Assembly: GCA_048939465.1 (NCBI GenBank)
Contig: JBHLPL010000091.1
Location: 1 to 7,847, forward strand
DNA length: 7,847 nucleotides
Direction: 5' to 3'
DNA from: Promethearchaeota archaeon
GTDB taxonomy: Archaea; Asgardarchaeota; Odinarchaeia; Odinarchaeales; JBHLKK01
The position numbers were made by a program, and so were the translations under genes. How positions within the stretch are numbered: the first letter of the stretch is position 1; every line of letters starts with the position of its first letter. Shown piece by piece: positions 6,120 through 7,847 of this stretch. The notes beneath the pieces are model-generated. The model was not told where the DNA came from and made no database searches. It was given only the letters and a program-made list of their open reading frames with translations.

Positions 6120-6245
6120 ATGTCCGTGAGATATGAAAAGGACAAGAAAAGAAGAATTGGCAGAAAGAGGTCATTCCATCTCTCAAGAATCAGGCTGTAC
6201 TCTCTACTGGGTTCTCATCGTTACACGAAGAAATACAATAGATAA
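6120..6245 (+). CDS. Unannotated basic microprotein, 41 aa
   Basis: Translated by hand: MSVRYEKDKKRRIGRKRSFHLSRIRLYSLLGSHRYTKKYNR*. GGAGGGGATGAT SD-like sequence from 6104; starts 20 nt after the previous stop codon. Confidence 0.5.
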   Translation: MSVRYEKDKKRRIGRKRSFHLSRIRLYSLLGSHRYTKKYNR

Positions 6246-6672
6246 AAATCAAGAGAAAGAAGGTACCTCGTAGAAGATTCGCCGTCAAGGAATTATGGAA
6301 TTTCCTTTGGGCATACTGCTTTTTCGTTGTCTTTGTATCAGGTGAGAAGTGCACCATCAGAACTCGGGGCTCACTGCATGGTCAAATTCGTTCTCTCCCC
6401 GCAATCTCGTGATCTCTAATAGCAATAGCTATCAAGAATTGGACAACTCAGATGCTTTCGACGCAGTAGGTAAACAGTAGCCAAGCAACTCATATCTTTT
6501 GGCAATATCTCTCGTAGGGGGATATCTCCCGCTATTTTGGTATGCAGAACTCTGTCTGCCTTAGGACTCTATGAAGACACTTCAAACCATCCCGATGCAA
6601 GCTGTCCTTTTTAATTGTCTGTAACTTGTCATCTTCAAGTTTCGTTCCTCTCACGTTCAGGACTACGCAAAA

Positions 6673-6690
6673 ACACCGAAATATATTTAA
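6673..6690 (+). promoter_or_regulatory. Putative BRE + TATA for the second Lrp gene
   Basis: ACACCGAAA-TATATTTAA, about 60 nt upstream of the start codon. Confidence 0.5.
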
Positions 6691-6750
6691 TCCGTGGTGA
6701 CAGGGCATCATTTATGATAAAATAATGATAAGGAAATACTAGGGGGATTC

Positions 6751-7209
6751 ATGAAGATGGAAATCGATGAAATTGACCGGAAAATTGTAAAATATGTCTC
6801 CAAAGGCATCTACTCATATGAGGAACTTGCGAAGCTCTGTGACGTAAGTCGAAATACGATATATAGAAGACTCGATAGCCTTGAGAAAAGAGAGATAATA
6901 CAGCGAAGAATCATGGCTCAGCCCAACTTTGAAAGACTGAATCTTGCAGTTGTGATCTTCGGAATGAATGTAAGTCCCAAGGATTTGGATAAAGCTGCGG
7001 ATTATTTAAAGGGACTGACCAACGTGAACTTCCTTTGGAAAACGTACGGTACACACGATATAGTCTTCGCGATAATATGTGATAAGGCAGATGTAGGAAC
7101 ATGTATCCAGAATCTCAAAAAAGCTTTGGAAGAACGCGATATAACAATTACAAGATTGGATTCATCGACAAGTATCTCTTGGGAAAAAATCGATCTGAGT
7201 CCCTATTAG
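6751..7209 (+). CDS. Lrp/AsnC family transcriptional regulator, 152 aa (start may be ATG 6757)
   Basis: HTH IDEIDRKIVKYV...SYEELAKLCDVSRNTIYRRLDSLEKREII. RAM-like domain LWKTYGTHDIVFAII. GGGGGAT RBS at 6742-6748. Confidence 0.92.
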   Translation: MKMEIDEIDRKIVKYVSKGIYSYEELAKLCDVSRNTIYRRLDSLEKREIIQRRIMAQPNFERLNLAVVIFGMNVSPKDLDKAADYLKGLTNVNFLWKTYGTHDIVFAIICDKADVGTCIQNLKKALEERDITITRLDSSTSISWEKIDLSPY

Positions 7210-7239
7210 AAGCTCTTTTCATTGGATCGGAGAGTTTAT

Positions 7240-7389
7240 CTAGCCGGGCAGTCTGTTAATAACTTGCTTCATTCTCTGCATGTAAGCTTTGAAGGCGTGT
7301 CTGCCTTCATCAGTAAGGTAGAGTGTGGTGTGTGGCTTCTTGTCTCTGAATCTCTTCTCTACTTTGACGTGACCTGCAGCCTCTGACAA
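7240..7389 (-). pseudogene. 5'-truncated remnant of a winged-helix transcriptional regulator (HTH_34/ArsR-MarR-like)
   Basis: Translated by hand: LSEAAGHVKVEKRFRDKKPHTTLYLTDEGRHAFKAYMQRMKQVINRLPG*. This matches the C-terminal half of small wHTH regulators (LExAGYVxVEKxFxxKKPxTxxxLTxxGRxAFxxY). An in-frame TAA lies at 7404-7402 upstream, with no RBS and no N-terminal HTH. Confidence 0.7.
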
Positions 7390-7416
7390 GCTGCAAAAAC
7401 GTTAAAAAGTCGGCGA

Positions 7417-7847
7417 CTATCGGAAGGATTTTCCCCACTCTTTCCTCAGTATTGAAAAGCAGACATCATCAAGGAATCGTTCTCTGAAGTAACTTCTTTG
7501 CCGGAGGACTCCTTCTTTCTTGAAGTCTAGCCTTTGAACGAGGTTTATGGATCTTTTGTTCTTCGAATCGATAATCGCTTGGATTCTGTTCAATCCCATT
7601 TCTTGGAAACCGTACTCTATTACGGCCATCAGTGCTTCTGTCATAATGCCCTGTCCCCAGTATGCAGGGTCTAAATCGTACCCAATTTCAGCTCTGCGCG
7701 AAGTCTTGCTCCAATCGTAATATCCACAGGTTCCTATTAACCCACTACTGCCTTTTCTTACGATTCCCCAACGAATACCTGTTCCTTCCTTAAAGGGGTT
7801 TATGCAGAAAAGCTCAAGCTCTGCTTTGGCTGTTTCAAGGTCCTTTG
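7417..7847 (-). CDS. RimJ/RimL-type GNAT N-acetyltransferase, 5' end beyond the window
   Basis: The frame is open to the window edge: ...GIRWGIVRKGSSGLIGTCGYYDWSKTSRRAEIGYDLDPAYWGQGIMTEAL...GLNRIQAIIDSKNKRSINLVQRLDFKKEGVLRQ. WGQG is the acetyl-CoA loop. The ORF track's start at 7644 is an internal Met. Two T5 tracts follow the stop codon. Confidence 0.93.
   Translation of the reverse strand, partial: KDLETAKAELELFCINPFKEGTGIRWGIVRKGSSGLIGTCGYYDWSKTSRRAEIGYDLDPAYWGQGIMTEALMAVIEYGFQEMGLNRIQAIIDSKNKRSINLVQRLDFKKEGVLRQRSYFRERFLDDVCFSILRKEWGKSFR

Noticed and set aside
6295-6345. 16-codon ORF MEFPLGILLFRCLCIR
   Set aside because: Too short, with only a weak AAGGA upstream; cannot be distinguished from chance.
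6911-7102. Minus-strand 63-aa ORF
   Set aside because: Antisense shadow inside the second Lrp gene.
7275-7310. Hammerhead-like CTGATGA-AGGC...GCCT on the - strand
   Set aside because: The required GAAA after stem II is absent (TCAAA), and the sequence is explained as LTDEGRHAF codons of the wHTH remnant.

Overview
Archaeal-type chromosomal segment. This assignment is inferred from TATA/BRE promoters, (G)GAGGTGA(T) ribosome-binding sites, an archaeal-type GSTHKTFPGPQGG SHMT motif and Lrp/RHH regulators. The left half (104-3817) carries four enzyme genes: a prenyltransferase/squalene-cyclase QW-repeat protein, a divergent serine hydroxymethyltransferase (SHMT)-like PLP enzyme, and two class I SAM methyltransferases. 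The right half (4034-7847) is dense in regulators and microproteins: an RHH/CopG regulator, two Lrp/AsnC regulators, a translationally coupled winged-helix-like + Zn-ribbon pair behind a perfect 24-bp palindrome, two very basic microproteins missing from the ORF track (58 and 41 aa, own RBSs), a 5'-truncated winged-helix remnant, and the 3' part of a RimJ/RimL GNAT acetyltransferase. No mobile element, tRNA/rRNA or CRISPR array is supported. The best leads are the SHMT homologue, which keeps the PLP/amino-acid site but lacks the folate-binding loop and the PLP-stacking His, and the four-microprotein cluster at 5144-6245. All alignments were made by eye against remembered family consensus sequences; no database search was run.
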